DNA from: an uncultured Lachnospiraceae bacterium
Lineage (GTDB): Bacteria > Bacillota > Clostridia > Lachnospirales > Lachnospiraceae
DNA length: 64,000 bases
Assembly: GCA_947593655.1 (NCBI GenBank)
Contig: CANQDS010000001.1
Location: forward strand, 3,081-67,080
Direction: 5' to 3'
In this document: one piece after another, positions 8,177 through 17,804 of the stretch
Layout: the number at the start of each line of letters is the position of its first letter
Numbering within the stretch: the stretch's first letter is position 1
Program-made: the position numbers and the translations under genes
Notes under the pieces: generated by a model
Told to the model about the DNA's origin: nothing
The model's input: the letters and a program-made list of their open reading frames with translations, nothing else
Database searches by the model: none

Positions 8177-9673
8177 TTATAAATAATCCAGAAGCGTCGT
8201 TCTTCCGACCTGCCCCGCCGCCGTCAGGCTGGACGTATAGGCATTATAAGCAGCATAAAAATCAATAATGATATCGGAAATATCGCGGTCTTCGTTCTGG
8301 GATTTCAATTCCTCCACCGTCATCTGCTGGTTCTCCACGCGCGTCTGCGTCAGCTGCAGACGGTCTTCCATGCTTCCGATATTGGTGATCGCAATATTGA
8401 CGTCCTGCAGATAATTGTCAAAATTCGTGATATACTGCGCGTAGGTTTTCTGAAGGTTATCATCCGCATAAGCCATCTCTTTTTCCGCCGCATCCAGATA
8501 ACTCTGCAGGTTGCCCTGATCTTCCTCGCCCGAATACTGGGCAAGCGTCATCATCTCTTTGATCCGCGCAACCTTGTCATGCGCATCGACCGCTTTCTGG
8601 ACGACATCGATCATCTCGTCGACGTCCCTTGCGATGCTGGTGTCAAAAACATCGCTCGCCTGCGTATTGACAGTCAGATACGTATTGTTGGCTACCGCAA
8701 AATTAATATCCTGATTCTCTTTCGTATATTCCACCGGATTATTCGGATCGGTAATATCCGTGCAGTCGTAGTAGTATTCCGGACGCACTTCACCCGGCTC
8801 AAATCCCTGTTTCGTATAAGTTACGTCTATGCTGCCGTGCCCGGTCTTGATGCATTCCGAGATATTCCTGCCGAGCACGAATTCGCCGGAATCCTGCAGA
8901 AACAGGATCTCATTGTCGCCGACCGTCTTCATGCCGCCGCGCGCCTGTTCCCATGCTTCTTCGCTCTCAAACGTCGTAAACGTGGTCGCAGCCCGGTCGT
9001 CCGGCTGATAGTGGAACACGCCCCCGAAACCTTCGCCCGGTCCGCCTAACGGCTCAATCCCGCCATAGGCCAGACGCACACGGTCATAGTAGCTCACACC
9101 GATTTCGGTCGTGCACTCGCTTCCGGCATCCGTCGGAACTTCTACCGTTCCGGAATAATAGCGGTGCTCCTCGATCGCGGTATAATCAAATTTCTGCGTG
9201 ATCGAATACGTGGCTTCCGGATCATCGGCTGTAAATGTCAGATCCGAAGAGGTCCGGTAGCCGGTAAATACCGTCCTTCCCGCATAATCAGCGTTTCCTT
9301 CCGTATAAACCTGATCGCGCAGCGCCGTCAGCGACTTCAAAATGGTATTGCGGTCTTCTTCGGTCAGGGTATCCGTTGAGCCGTTCACGCACTGTGTCCG
9401 CACATCCGTCAGCAGCGTCTTCATATTCGTCAGCGCCGTTTCCGTTACATCCAGCCATGCATAGGCATCCGGAATATTATTATCCACCCACTGGTTGATA
9501 TGGCTTAAGTTCGTACCGAGCCGCAGGGAACGGATCGCGACTACCGGATCTTCCGACGCCCGCGTAATCTTCTTCTGCGTCGTCATCTGTGTGTTGTATT
9601 TATCCACATAGCCCTTATTGGAATTGATATTATTCTTGGTATTGCTGGTTATCATATTGTTAGTGATACGCAT
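8177..9673 (-). CDS. flgL: hook-associated protein 3 FlgL
   Basis: MRITNNM, TQKKITRASEDPV, TTLLDYL C-terminus. Confidence 0.94.
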   Translation of the reverse strand: MRITNNMITSNTKNNINSNKGYVDKYNTQMTTQKKITRASEDPVVAIRSLRLGTNLSHINQWVDNNIPDAYAWLDVTETALTNMKTLLTDVRTQCVNGSTDTLTEEDRNTILKSLTALRDQVYTEGNADYAGRTVFTGYRTSSDLTFTADDPEATYSITQKFDYTAIEEHRYYSGTVEVPTDAGSECTTEIGVSYYDRVRLAYGGIEPLGGPGEGFGGVFHYQPDDRAATTFTTFESEEAWEQARGGMKTVGDNEILFLQDSGEFVLGRNISECIKTGHGSIDVTYTKQGFEPGEVRPEYYYDCTDITDPNNPVEYTKENQDINFAVANNTYLTVNTQASDVFDTSIARDVDEMIDVVQKAVDAHDKVARIKEMMTLAQYSGEEDQGNLQSYLDAAEKEMAYADDNLQKTYAQYITNFDNYLQDVNIAITNIGSMEDRLQLTQTRVENQQMTVEELKSQNEDRDISDIIIDFYAAYNAYTSSLTAAGQVGRTTLLDYL

Positions 9674-9803
9674 AAGCTCCTCCTCTATAAACGCTGTCGG
9701 ATACCAGTGCTGTCATCGGCTCACTTCGTTCGCGGGACAGTACCAGGCTCCTATTTTCCTCCATCCCTGGAAACGGTCTATCTATTTTGTTATTTGATTA
9801 TTC

Positions 9804-11639
9804 TTAGGTGACTCCCGTCTCGTTGATCAGTTTATTGTAGATCTCATTCAGCACGGAGATTACTTTGGATGCCATCTCATATGCGTGCTGGAACTTGATC
9901 AGGTTCAATCCTTCTTCGTCCTCGTCCACTCCGGAGATCGAAGTCCGCTGGTTGCCGATGGCCACCTCCAGATTTGAATAATTCTCTCCGTAGATCCGGT
10001 TCTTCTCCACATCGACGGAAACATCGGAAAGCATCGTCTCTAAGAATTTCCCCGCCGTATCGCCGCGGAACATATTGACGTCGTCCTGAAGCTTCAGCAG
10101 TTCCTCGCCGATATCGTACTTATCCTCGCCGTTTACGATCTCGGAAGCCGTGGAAAGACGGCGCGGATTTTTCAGCGTCTCCGCCTGAACCGCCGCATTC
10201 CTTGCCTGAAGCTGATAATAAGTATCATCCTCCGAAGTAATGGTCCGGGCATAGCTTCCGTTTGCATCCGGCTCCCATCCTTCAAATTCGTACTCCGTAC
10301 CGGTCGCATTCTGTGCTACAAAGAAAGCTCCCATCTGGTTTCCGTCAAGATCTACGCCCTTTTTCTCAATATCATTGAAAAGCTGGGTGAACTTGCGTAA
10401 AAATTCATTGATCTGCTGCTGGTAATACGGAATCCCCTGGGAATTTACGTTCCGGCCGCAGGTAATTCCCTTTCCTGCCAGCGCCGCCGCTTCCCGCGGA
10501 TCGATGGCTTCTTTCAGGTTAAATGTCACGGAAGTAATGGCTCCTTCCGCATCCACTTCTGCGCTCCATCCTTCATAGGCATACGTCTTGTTTCCGATCG
10601 TCACCTGCCCCTTTGTCGGAATATTTAAGGCATTGACGTCTGTAACGGACGGCGTTTCCAGTGTAATATGCTGGGTATCCGCCGAACGGATGCCGCCTGT
10701 CAGTGCAGCGTTTCCGTTTCCGTCGCGGATATCGAACAGCGCCTTTAAGGTGCCGCCCGCGCTCGGCGTCGCCGCGGCAAAATCCATCTTGGTATCCGCC
10801 CAGCGGACATATACCAATCCTTCCACATCGGTCTGGTTCATCGTATAATCATAGGAAACCCATTCCAGCTCCCGGTATTCGTTTCCGTCTACCAGTACCT
10901 GCCCGTTGATGATCACCGTGTAATTCGTGCCGCCCAGATTATCGCCGTAAGTATTCTCGATCTCGTATTCCGTCGTTTCTACATGGACGATCGAGGAAAG
11001 TTCGTCGATCAGATTTGCCCTCTGATCCCGTAATTCATTCGCAAATCCGCCGTTTACTTCAATATTGTTGATCTCTTTATTCAGAAGAGCAAGCTTCTTG
11101 GAGATGGCATTGATATTCTCCACCGTCGTCTTGATCTCTTCGTTGCAGTCCTCCTGCACATCGCTCAAACTCTGCGCCATCGCGTTAAAGTAAGTGCAGA
11201 AACTCTGCGCCTCGTGGATGAACTGGTTTCTGACGCTCTCGTCGGACGCATTGTTTTTCAGCGTATCCAGACCGTTGAACATCTTGGAAAAGATCGTGGA
11301 AAATCCGCTCTGCGTCTCGTCATCCTTAAAAAAGCTTTCGATCTGATCCAGATAATAAAGCTTTTCTTCATATAAGCCTTTACTCGAGTTATTCTCCCAG
11401 TAACGGGTATCGTAATAAAGATTGCGCTCCTGGGTAATGCTGACGGCAGTCACGCCCGTTCCGACGCTCCCGTAGCGCGCCGTCTCGCGGATCGGGCCGG
11501 AAGATTCCAGATTCACCTTCTGCCGGCAGTATCCTTTCGTCTGCACATTGGCGACATTATTTGCGGTTGTATTGATGGAAGCCTGAAATGCAAACAGTGC
11601 TCCGGCCCCGATATTCAATCCAAAAAACTGTGAACTCAT
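9804..11639 (-). CDS. flgK: hook-associated protein 1 FlgK (copy 2)
   Basis: TANNVANVQTKGYCRQ, LRDQRANLIDELS, SISGVDEDEEGLNLIKFQHAYEMAS. Confidence 0.93.
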   Translation of the reverse strand: MSSQFFGLNIGAGALFAFQASINTTANNVANVQTKGYCRQKVNLESSGPIRETARYGSVGTGVTAVSITQERNLYYDTRYWENNSSKGLYEEKLYYLDQIESFFKDDETQSGFSTIFSKMFNGLDTLKNNASDESVRNQFIHEAQSFCTYFNAMAQSLSDVQEDCNEEIKTTVENINAISKKLALLNKEINNIEVNGGFANELRDQRANLIDELSSIVHVETTEYEIENTYGDNLGGTNYTVIINGQVLVDGNEYRELEWVSYDYTMNQTDVEGLVYVRWADTKMDFAAATPSAGGTLKALFDIRDGNGNAALTGGIRSADTQHITLETPSVTDVNALNIPTKGQVTIGNKTYAYEGWSAEVDAEGAITSVTFNLKEAIDPREAAALAGKGITCGRNVNSQGIPYYQQQINEFLRKFTQLFNDIEKKGVDLDGNQMGAFFVAQNATGTEYEFEGWEPDANGSYARTITSEDDTYYQLQARNAAVQAETLKNPRRLSTASEIVNGEDKYDIGEELLKLQDDVNMFRGDTAGKFLETMLSDVSVDVEKNRIYGENYSNLEVAIGNQRTSISGVDEDEEGLNLIKFQHAYEMASKVISVLNEIYNKLINETGVT

Positions 11640-11651
11640 TTTCTTCCCCCC

Positions 11652-13355
11652 CTAAATCAGACCGGTCACGATCAGTTCCGTCATCTGGCTGATCACCGTA
11701 ATATAACGGCTTGCCGCGTTATAAGCGGACTGGTATTTGATCATCTGGGTCAGTTCCTCATCCGAAGAAACCCCGGTCACCTGCAGACGCTTGTTATCGA
11801 GGGACGCCGCCGCCCCGCTTAAGCTGTCGCTGGCGGAACCGTAAACGCTTCCGTCCGTTCCGAGCTTATCCATCATCTTGTCATAGAAACCTTCGAACGT
11901 AGCCGGATTCTGATCATACGGATTGATCTTCATGGTCTTGTTCTCCCATGCCTGAATCATCCGCTCGCCCAACGCATAATCCACCGCTCCGTTGGCGGTA
12001 TACGCCGGCATCAACGTGATCTGTTTGGACAGTTCCCCGTTGATCTGTACGCTTCCGATCTGGTACATCGTAGAGGTATCTTCCGGATCCTCTTCATTAT
12101 ATACATAATAGTCCTGTCCATCGACCGTTACTTTCGTATAGCGTTCGCATCCGATCCGCTGGAACAACTCCTGCGGCGGAAGCTCTCCGTCTACTCCAAC
12201 TGCACAGTGCTCCGTATCAAGGAGTTTCGTTCCGGCAGGAATGACCACATTGCCCGCCGTATCGGTAATATCGTTTTCTGCGGTAATATTCGGGGCAAAC
12301 AGATCGTTCAGCTGCGTCACGACGTTGTGGAACAGCAGATCGATCTCCGCCTGCATTTCCATCATCACGCAGTCCTGAATCTCACTGTAGGAATCTTCAT
12401 CCAGAAGCGAAGAATAATGCGCGTAATCATCGCCCCTCTGGTACAGTTTCGCCTTAATGCTCCCGATATCGTTGTTATTTTCCGTGGAGATCTCCACCCT
12501 CGTCTGAAATACCGGAACATACTGTGCCCTCTCCAGATCGGAAAGCTGCGGCCAGTACGGCAAATAGAATCCCGTGCCCTTTTCCTCTTTCAGGCCGATC
12601 CGGTTGCATCCCCGGTCCTCGATAAAATCCGTGCCTTCCAGTTCCACCCGTACGAATCCGGTCTGGTCTTCATACGCTTCGATCTTTGCATAGCCGGAAA
12701 GCTCGTCGAGCAGCGCATCCCGTTCATCACGGTATGTCATGGCCGTTTCAACTCCGCCCGCCTCTACTTTCTGGATATAGAGATTCAGTTCGTAGATCCG
12801 GTCGCCGATCTCATTGACGCGGTTGACGTCTTCCTCGATCTGCCTGTTTAAATTGGACTGGTAACTCTGGAAATCCGCATAGATGGAACGGCTTCTGCTG
12901 ACAAATAATTCCGCTTTCTGGAGCACCAGATTCTGATAGGTCGAATCCGCCGGAGCCTTTGCAAGCTCCTGAAATGCGCGGTTTAAATCCATCACGCTCT
13001 GTTTAAACTCCATCCCGTCCATTTCCTGGAGAATATCCTCCGACTGAGTGACGGTTGTATAGCAGGCTTCATAAAACGCCTGTCTGCCGTTCTCCTGCCG
13101 ATATGCCTTATCGATAAATATGTCCCTCGCATGAACAACATCGCCGATCGATACGCCCAGTCCCGACTGCTGCATATTGATCCGCTGCCTGCTCTGCTGA
13201 AGCGTCAGATAATTCCGGTCCGCAAACCGTACCTGCTCACGGACATAACCCTTCGTATCTGCATTTGCAAGGTTGTTCGCGCTGGTGTTTAACGCATTCT
13301 GGGCGCTCCTCAATCCGGACGCGCCGATATACAGACTTCCGAATCCGTTTGCCAT
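11652..13355 (-). CDS. flgK: hook-associated protein 1 FlgK (copy 1)
   Basis: SANNLANADTKGYVREQ, RDERDALLDELS, VTGVSSDEELTQMIKYQSAYNAASR. Confidence 0.93.
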   Translation of the reverse strand: MANGFGSLYIGASGLRSAQNALNTSANNLANADTKGYVREQVRFADRNYLTLQQSRQRINMQQSGLGVSIGDVVHARDIFIDKAYRQENGRQAFYEACYTTVTQSEDILQEMDGMEFKQSVMDLNRAFQELAKAPADSTYQNLVLQKAELFVSRSRSIYADFQSYQSNLNRQIEEDVNRVNEIGDRIYELNLYIQKVEAGGVETAMTYRDERDALLDELSGYAKIEAYEDQTGFVRVELEGTDFIEDRGCNRIGLKEEKGTGFYLPYWPQLSDLERAQYVPVFQTRVEISTENNNDIGSIKAKLYQRGDDYAHYSSLLDEDSYSEIQDCVMMEMQAEIDLLFHNVVTQLNDLFAPNITAENDITDTAGNVVIPAGTKLLDTEHCAVGVDGELPPQELFQRIGCERYTKVTVDGQDYYVYNEEDPEDTSTMYQIGSVQINGELSKQITLMPAYTANGAVDYALGERMIQAWENKTMKINPYDQNPATFEGFYDKMMDKLGTDGSVYGSASDSLSGAAASLDNKRLQVTGVSSDEELTQMIKYQSAYNAASRYITVISQMTELIVTGLI

Positions 13356-13376
13356 ACCTGTTCCTCCTTCAAAATC

Positions 13377-13889
13377 CTATTGCTTTGCGTCAAAGCCGCT
13401 GCTTCCGAGCAGCGTGCCCGTATTATAAGCATGTCTGTCATAATTGGCAGTTTCAGGGGCCTGCCGCAGACTTTTAAACAAGGTAATGTCAAACTCGGCC
13501 AGTTCGATCGCCTGCCGGAGCAGGGCTTCATTCTGCCGGTTCAGTGTCTGCACCTGTTTTGCCGTTTCCATGAGGCGGTCTCTCGCAGCCGTAAGCTTCA
13601 TCTGGATATCCGGCTGCGACGCCAGATACCCGATCAGTTTCGTCACCGTCATTTTCTCCTGCGTCTTCCCCAGAACGGTGGCGATATCCTTCAATGTCCG
13701 GATCTGCTTATTGCTGTAGCTCAAAAGCTCGTCGCTCGCAGCCTGTTCCAGATCCGTCAGCTCCTCCAGCGCATGAACATCCGCTTCGATCAATACCCTG
13801 CGCTTCTCCTCTCCATAGGCAAGAAGCGTCTGGTAAAGCCTTTCTTCTTCTTCGAGTATGCTCACAAGTTCTTCTACTAAACTGGCCAC
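13377..13889 (-). CDS. flgN: flagellar chaperone FlgN
   Basis: Coiled-coil protein between flgM and flgK; LNRQNEALL motif. Confidence 0.88.
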   Translation of the reverse strand: MASLVEELVSILEEEERLYQTLLAYGEEKRRVLIEADVHALEELTDLEQAASDELLSYSNKQIRTLKDIATVLGKTQEKMTVTKLIGYLASQPDIQMKLTAARDRLMETAKQVQTLNRQNEALLRQAIELAEFDITLFKSLRQAPETANYDRHAYNTGTLLGSSGFDAKQ

Positions 13890-13904
13890 GATCCATCCTC
13901 ATTT

Positions 13905-14183
13905 CTACAAAGTCTGATTATATTTCGCCAGTAATCTGCTGGCAAAATCGCCCGGCTCCACCGAATAAGCGCCGGAGTCTATCATTGCCTTTAACTGCGC
14001 AACTTTGTCTTCCCTGACATCCGGAGCTTCTGACACTGCTTTCTTTGCGACCTGGAAATCGCGCCCCGTCCGGGAGATCGATACCTGATCCTTCCCTATG
14101 CTGCCCTTCTGGGTTTTCTGCGCTTTCAGATTCTTCTGTACCCCGTAAACCTGTGCAATCTGATTATAAGCATCGATACGCAT
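13905..14183 (-). CDS. flgM: anti-sigma-28 factor FlgM
   Basis: DQVSIS...PDVREDKVAQLKAMIDSGAYSV; start MRIDAYNQ after a GGAG RBS. Confidence 0.93.
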   Translation of the reverse strand: MRIDAYNQIAQVYGVQKNLKAQKTQKGSIGKDQVSISRTGRDFQVAKKAVSEAPDVREDKVAQLKAMIDSGAYSVEPGDFASRLLAKYNQTL

Positions 14184-14227
14184 AACAGCATCTCCTTTCT
14201 TCCCTGAAATTAAGCTTTCTACACTAT

Positions 14228-14254
14228 GTATCGGATAAATCGTTCGTTTCTTTA
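14228..14254 (-). promoter_or_regulatory. sigma-28 promoter of the flgM-flgN-flgK operon
   Basis: TAAA-16 bp-CCGATAC. Confidence 0.8.
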
Positions 14255-14447
14255 GCGATATTTCGCTTTTTTTCATTTCCGCCCGCTTCCGCTGCGCTCT
14301 GCGTCCGGAGTTTTCTGATTAATCTAAGAATTATCAGCGCTCCAAAAACAAGTTACTGCCATTTAAGCAGAAACCCTTGAATGATGGGTTTTCACCCGAT
14401 AACATTTTCACAGAAGAGTTTTTTAGTTTACAGCGGAGAATTGTTTT

Positions 14448-14792
14448 ATGAAAAACGAAAAGATCGGACAGGCTTTGAAGAAATACCGGAAAAAGAACGC
14501 CATGTCTGTTCCGGATGTCGCTCTCAAACTGCGCACGGAATACAATCGGAAAGTTGCAGAAAAGACGATCTACGGATGGGAAAGCAATCAGGCGCACCCG
14601 ACAACCGATATGTTCCTGACGCTTTGCGAGATTTATCAGATCAATAGTTTAAATGAAATCCTGGATGGGGAAAATCATGAATTTGCCATCACCGCCAATG
14701 AGCGCCGGCTGATCGAAAGCTACCGCCAGCAGCCGAAACTGCACTATGCGATCCACAAGCTGCTGGGGATTGAAGAAGACAAGAAGCCTTAA
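14448..14792 (+). CDS. XRE-family HTH transcriptional regulator
   Basis: IGQALKKYRKK...VAEKTIYGWESNQAHP HTH; ERRLIESYRQ tail. Confidence 0.85.
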   Translation: MKNEKIGQALKKYRKKNAMSVPDVALKLRTEYNRKVAEKTIYGWESNQAHPTTDMFLTLCEIYQINSLNEILDGENHEFAITANERRLIESYRQQPKLHYAIHKLLGIEEDKKP

Positions 14793-14835
14793 ACTTCCTG
14801 TCCGGGAAAACTTTTTCAAATTCCACGTCTAAATA

Positions 14836-14861
14836 AGGGACATCCATTTCGGAATGTCCCT
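14836..14861. terminator. hairpin between the convergent XRE gene and cysN
   Basis: AGGGACATCC-ATTTC-GGAATGTCCCT stem with one bulge; TTATTT follows on the minus strand. Confidence 0.55.
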
Positions 14862-14878
14862 CTCACATAGGTTCCAGC

Positions 14879-16570
14879 TTAGATCATCCAGAAATTATCG
14901 GTGCAGACGATCCTGCGGTATCCCTCGAACTGCGACCATTTGTTATAAAACTCCGTACGGTTCTCTTTTTTCAGATTTTTCAGATCATACATGAAATTAT
15001 CAAAATCCGCTCTTGTATGGATCCGAAGCGCAAAGCCGCGCTCATCGGTCATCGGAAGTCCCTCATAGACATAATCCGCCAACGGCACGATATCCGTTAC
15101 TTTCCGGTCGCGGATCAGGACTGCCGCCCGGCTCTCAACGGCAATAATATCAAAATAATCCGGATATTGGAAGCTGTCCCCTTCCGTTTTTACAACATCT
15201 CCGATATGGTACGTCCGGCCGCCGGTGTCAACTTTCGACAAATAGGCGGTTTCCAGATTAAAATAAAATTCCTCAAACACATATCCGCCCGTCCGGATGC
15301 TCCCGTTTTCAAAATACGGCTGCTCTCCGCCGGAATGGACTTCCTCCACAACGCCGCAGGCAGATGTCATATGGCTGACGCGGTCAATTAAGATCAGTTC
15401 CCCGAGCGTTTTGCGCGACTGGAAGCGGTCAACGACGATCTTCTCGGAAAATTCCAGCTCGCAGACGGCAATTTCATTCTTTTCGATCGTATCCGCCTGT
15501 TTGTGTTCGCCGGTATTCACATCGATCCGGTAGGAAATCCCCTTCACGATCCCCGGAATGACCTTTGTGCCGAGTTTCACTAGATATTCCAGGCCGACGG
15601 CCAGCCGGTCGTCGTCCATCCACAGCAGGGATGCCGTAATATTTTTTGCGATTGGAAGCTCTGCCGTGTCCGAAAGCACGCAGCCGCGGCTGACGTCCAC
15701 TTCCCGGTCCAGCTGCAGCGTAACCGCCTGTCCCCGGACCGCCGTCTCCGCCTCCCTGTCCCCGATCAGGATCGACTTCACGGCCGCCGTCTCGTTGCTC
15801 GGGAGCGTTACGATCTCCTGTCCGACGCTGATGCTTCCGCTTTCGATCTGCCCCTGAAAGCCGCGGAATTCATGGTTCGGGCGGCAGACTCTCTGCACCG
15901 GCAGATAAAAGCCGCTTTCTTCATCGTCCTCCTCTGCATCGACTTCTTCCAGATAAGTCAAAAGCGGTTCCCCGGTGTACCATTTCATATTGTCTGACGG
16001 CTGAGTGACGTTATCGCCTTCGGTCGCGCTGACCGGAATGATCTTGATATTGGCCAGATGGAGCGCCTCCGCAAGCTCTTCGATATCTTTTTTGATCGCA
16101 AGGAAACGCTCCTTGCTGTAGCCCGCCAGATCCATTTTATTGACCGCAAAAACGAAATAGCGGATCCCCATCAGTTCGCAGATCCGCGCATGGCGCCTCG
16201 TCTGGACAAGCACGCCCTGCACCGCGTCCACCATCACGATGGCAAGCTGCGCAAAAGACGCGCCCACCGCCATATTTCTGGTATATTCCTCATGCCCCGG
16301 CGTATCCGCCGCAATAAAACTCCTGCGGTCCGTCGTGAAATAACGGTAGGCAACGTCGATCGTAATTCCCTGTTCCCGCTCCGCCATCAGTCCGTCGAGC
16401 AGAAGCGAGTAGTCGATCTTTCCGTCTCTCGAGCCGACTTTGCTGTCTAACCGCAGCGCTTCCTCCTGATCGGCATAAAGAAGCTTGGCGTCGTAGAGGA
16501 TATGCCCGATCAGCGTTGATTTTCCGTCGTCGACGCTGCCGCACGTGATAAATTTCAATAATCCGCTCAT
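14879..16570 (-). CDS. cysN: sulfate adenylyltransferase GTPase subunit CysN with a ~150-aa C-terminal extension that is not CysC
   Basis: TCGSVDDGKSTLIG, EREQGITIDVAYRYF, DTPGHEEYTRNM, NKMD. Confidence 0.95.
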   Translation of the reverse strand: MSGLLKFITCGSVDDGKSTLIGHILYDAKLLYADQEEALRLDSKVGSRDGKIDYSLLLDGLMAEREQGITIDVAYRYFTTDRRSFIAADTPGHEEYTRNMAVGASFAQLAIVMVDAVQGVLVQTRRHARICELMGIRYFVFAVNKMDLAGYSKERFLAIKKDIEELAEALHLANIKIIPVSATEGDNVTQPSDNMKWYTGEPLLTYLEEVDAEEDDEESGFYLPVQRVCRPNHEFRGFQGQIESGSISVGQEIVTLPSNETAAVKSILIGDREAETAVRGQAVTLQLDREVDVSRGCVLSDTAELPIAKNITASLLWMDDDRLAVGLEYLVKLGTKVIPGIVKGISYRIDVNTGEHKQADTIEKNEIAVCELEFSEKIVVDRFQSRKTLGELILIDRVSHMTSACGVVEEVHSGGEQPYFENGSIRTGGYVFEEFYFNLETAYLSKVDTGGRTYHIGDVVKTEGDSFQYPDYFDIIAVESRAAVLIRDRKVTDIVPLADYVYEGLPMTDERGFALRIHTRADFDNFMYDLKNLKKENRTEFYNKWSQFEGYRRIVCTDNFWMI

Positions 16571-17473
16571 TTAGAAGTAGCCCTCCCTCTTTCTCTTTTC
16601 CATGCTCGCCGCACCGCCGTCCTTGTCGATGACGCGGCTCGTCCTTTCCGACTCGACGGAACTTAAGGTTTCCGCAATGATCTCATCGATCGTTGCTGCG
16701 GAAGATTCCACTCCGCCGGACAACGGATAACAGCCTAAGGTACGGAAGCGGACCATCTTCATCTGCGGCACTTCGCCCGGATTTAAGCGCATCCTGTCGT
16801 CGTCCACCATGATCAGATTGCCGTCGCGCTCGACCACCGGCCGTTCGGCGGCAAAGTAAAGCGGCACGATCGGAATGTCCTCCTGTTTGATATACTGCCA
16901 GATATCTTTTTCCGTCCAGTTGGAGATCGGGAAAACGCGGATGCTTTCGCCTTTGTTGATCTCCGTATTATACAGTTTCCACATTTCCGGGCGCTGGTTC
17001 TTCGGATCCCAGGCATGGGCGGCGTTCCGGAACGAAAAAATACGCTCCTTCGCACGGCTCTTCTCCTCGTCGCGCCGCCCTCCGCCAAACGCCGCGGTAA
17101 AGCCGTACTGATTCAGGGCCTGCTTTAACGCCTGCGTTTTCATGATGTCCGTATACGCGGAACCGTGGTCAAACGGATTGATCCCTTTCTTTACGCCTTC
17201 CTGATTGATATATTCGATCATCTCGATCCCCAGCTCTTTTGCCGTCCTGTCGCGGAATTCGATCATCTCTTTGAACTTCCACGTTGTATTGACATGCAGA
17301 AACGGGAACGGCGGTTTCTCCGGATAAAACGCTTTCATGGCAAGGTGCAGCATGACCGAACTGTCCTTTCCGATCGAATAGAGCATGACCGGTTTTTCAC
17401 ATTCCGCCGCCACCTCGCGGATAATATAGATCGCTTCCGCTTCCAATTCCTCTAAATGCGATAATCCACCCAT
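16571..17473 (-). CDS. cysD: sulfate adenylyltransferase subunit 2
   Basis: [45 protein letters not shown]. Confidence 0.97.
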   Translation of the reverse strand: MGGLSHLEELEAEAIYIIREVAAECEKPVMLYSIGKDSSVMLHLAMKAFYPEKPPFPFLHVNTTWKFKEMIEFRDRTAKELGIEMIEYINQEGVKKGINPFDHGSAYTDIMKTQALKQALNQYGFTAAFGGGRRDEEKSRAKERIFSFRNAAHAWDPKNQRPEMWKLYNTEINKGESIRVFPISNWTEKDIWQYIKQEDIPIVPLYFAAERPVVERDGNLIMVDDDRMRLNPGEVPQMKMVRFRTLGCYPLSGGVESSAATIDEIIAETLSSVESERTSRVIDKDGGAASMEKRKREGYF

Positions 17474-17492
17474 CGATTCGTCCTCTTTCTTT

Positions 17493-17804
17493 CTAATATT
17501 TATTGGAATCCTGCCTGTTTACGTCAATCGTTTTTACCGTGCCGTCGTGTTTACGGATCTTCCAGTGCAGGATATTTCCGTCCTCTGTGACGGTCATCGT
17601 ACTGCCGTTTCCGCCGATGTCCGCTCCGAGGAAATACTCGATCGCCCCCGTCCGGCATTCCTTGACGCAGGAAACGCATCCCCAGCAGTCTTTCGGATAA
17701 TCCATATGCGCCTTTTTCTCCCGGAAACCGATCAGCGTTCCCGGACAGACGTCTGCGCACCGGCCGCAGCCGACGCATTTTTCCTCACGAATCCTTATGC
17801 TCAT
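17493..17804 (-). CDS. aprB: APS reductase beta subunit-like 2x[4Fe-4S] ferredoxin
   Basis: [12 protein letters not shown] and [11 protein letters not shown]; overlaps the aprA-like gene. Confidence 0.8.
   Translation of the reverse strand: MSIRIREEKCVGCGRCADVCPGTLIGFREKKAHMDYPKDCWGCVSCVKECRTGAIEYFLGADIGGNGSTMTVTEDGNILHWKIRKHDGTVKTIDVNRQDSNKY

Noticed and set aside
14804-14833. ECF-sigma-like promoter (GAAAAC...CGTCTAA)
   Set aside because: Spacing is short and it points antisense into the cysN end with no downstream ORF
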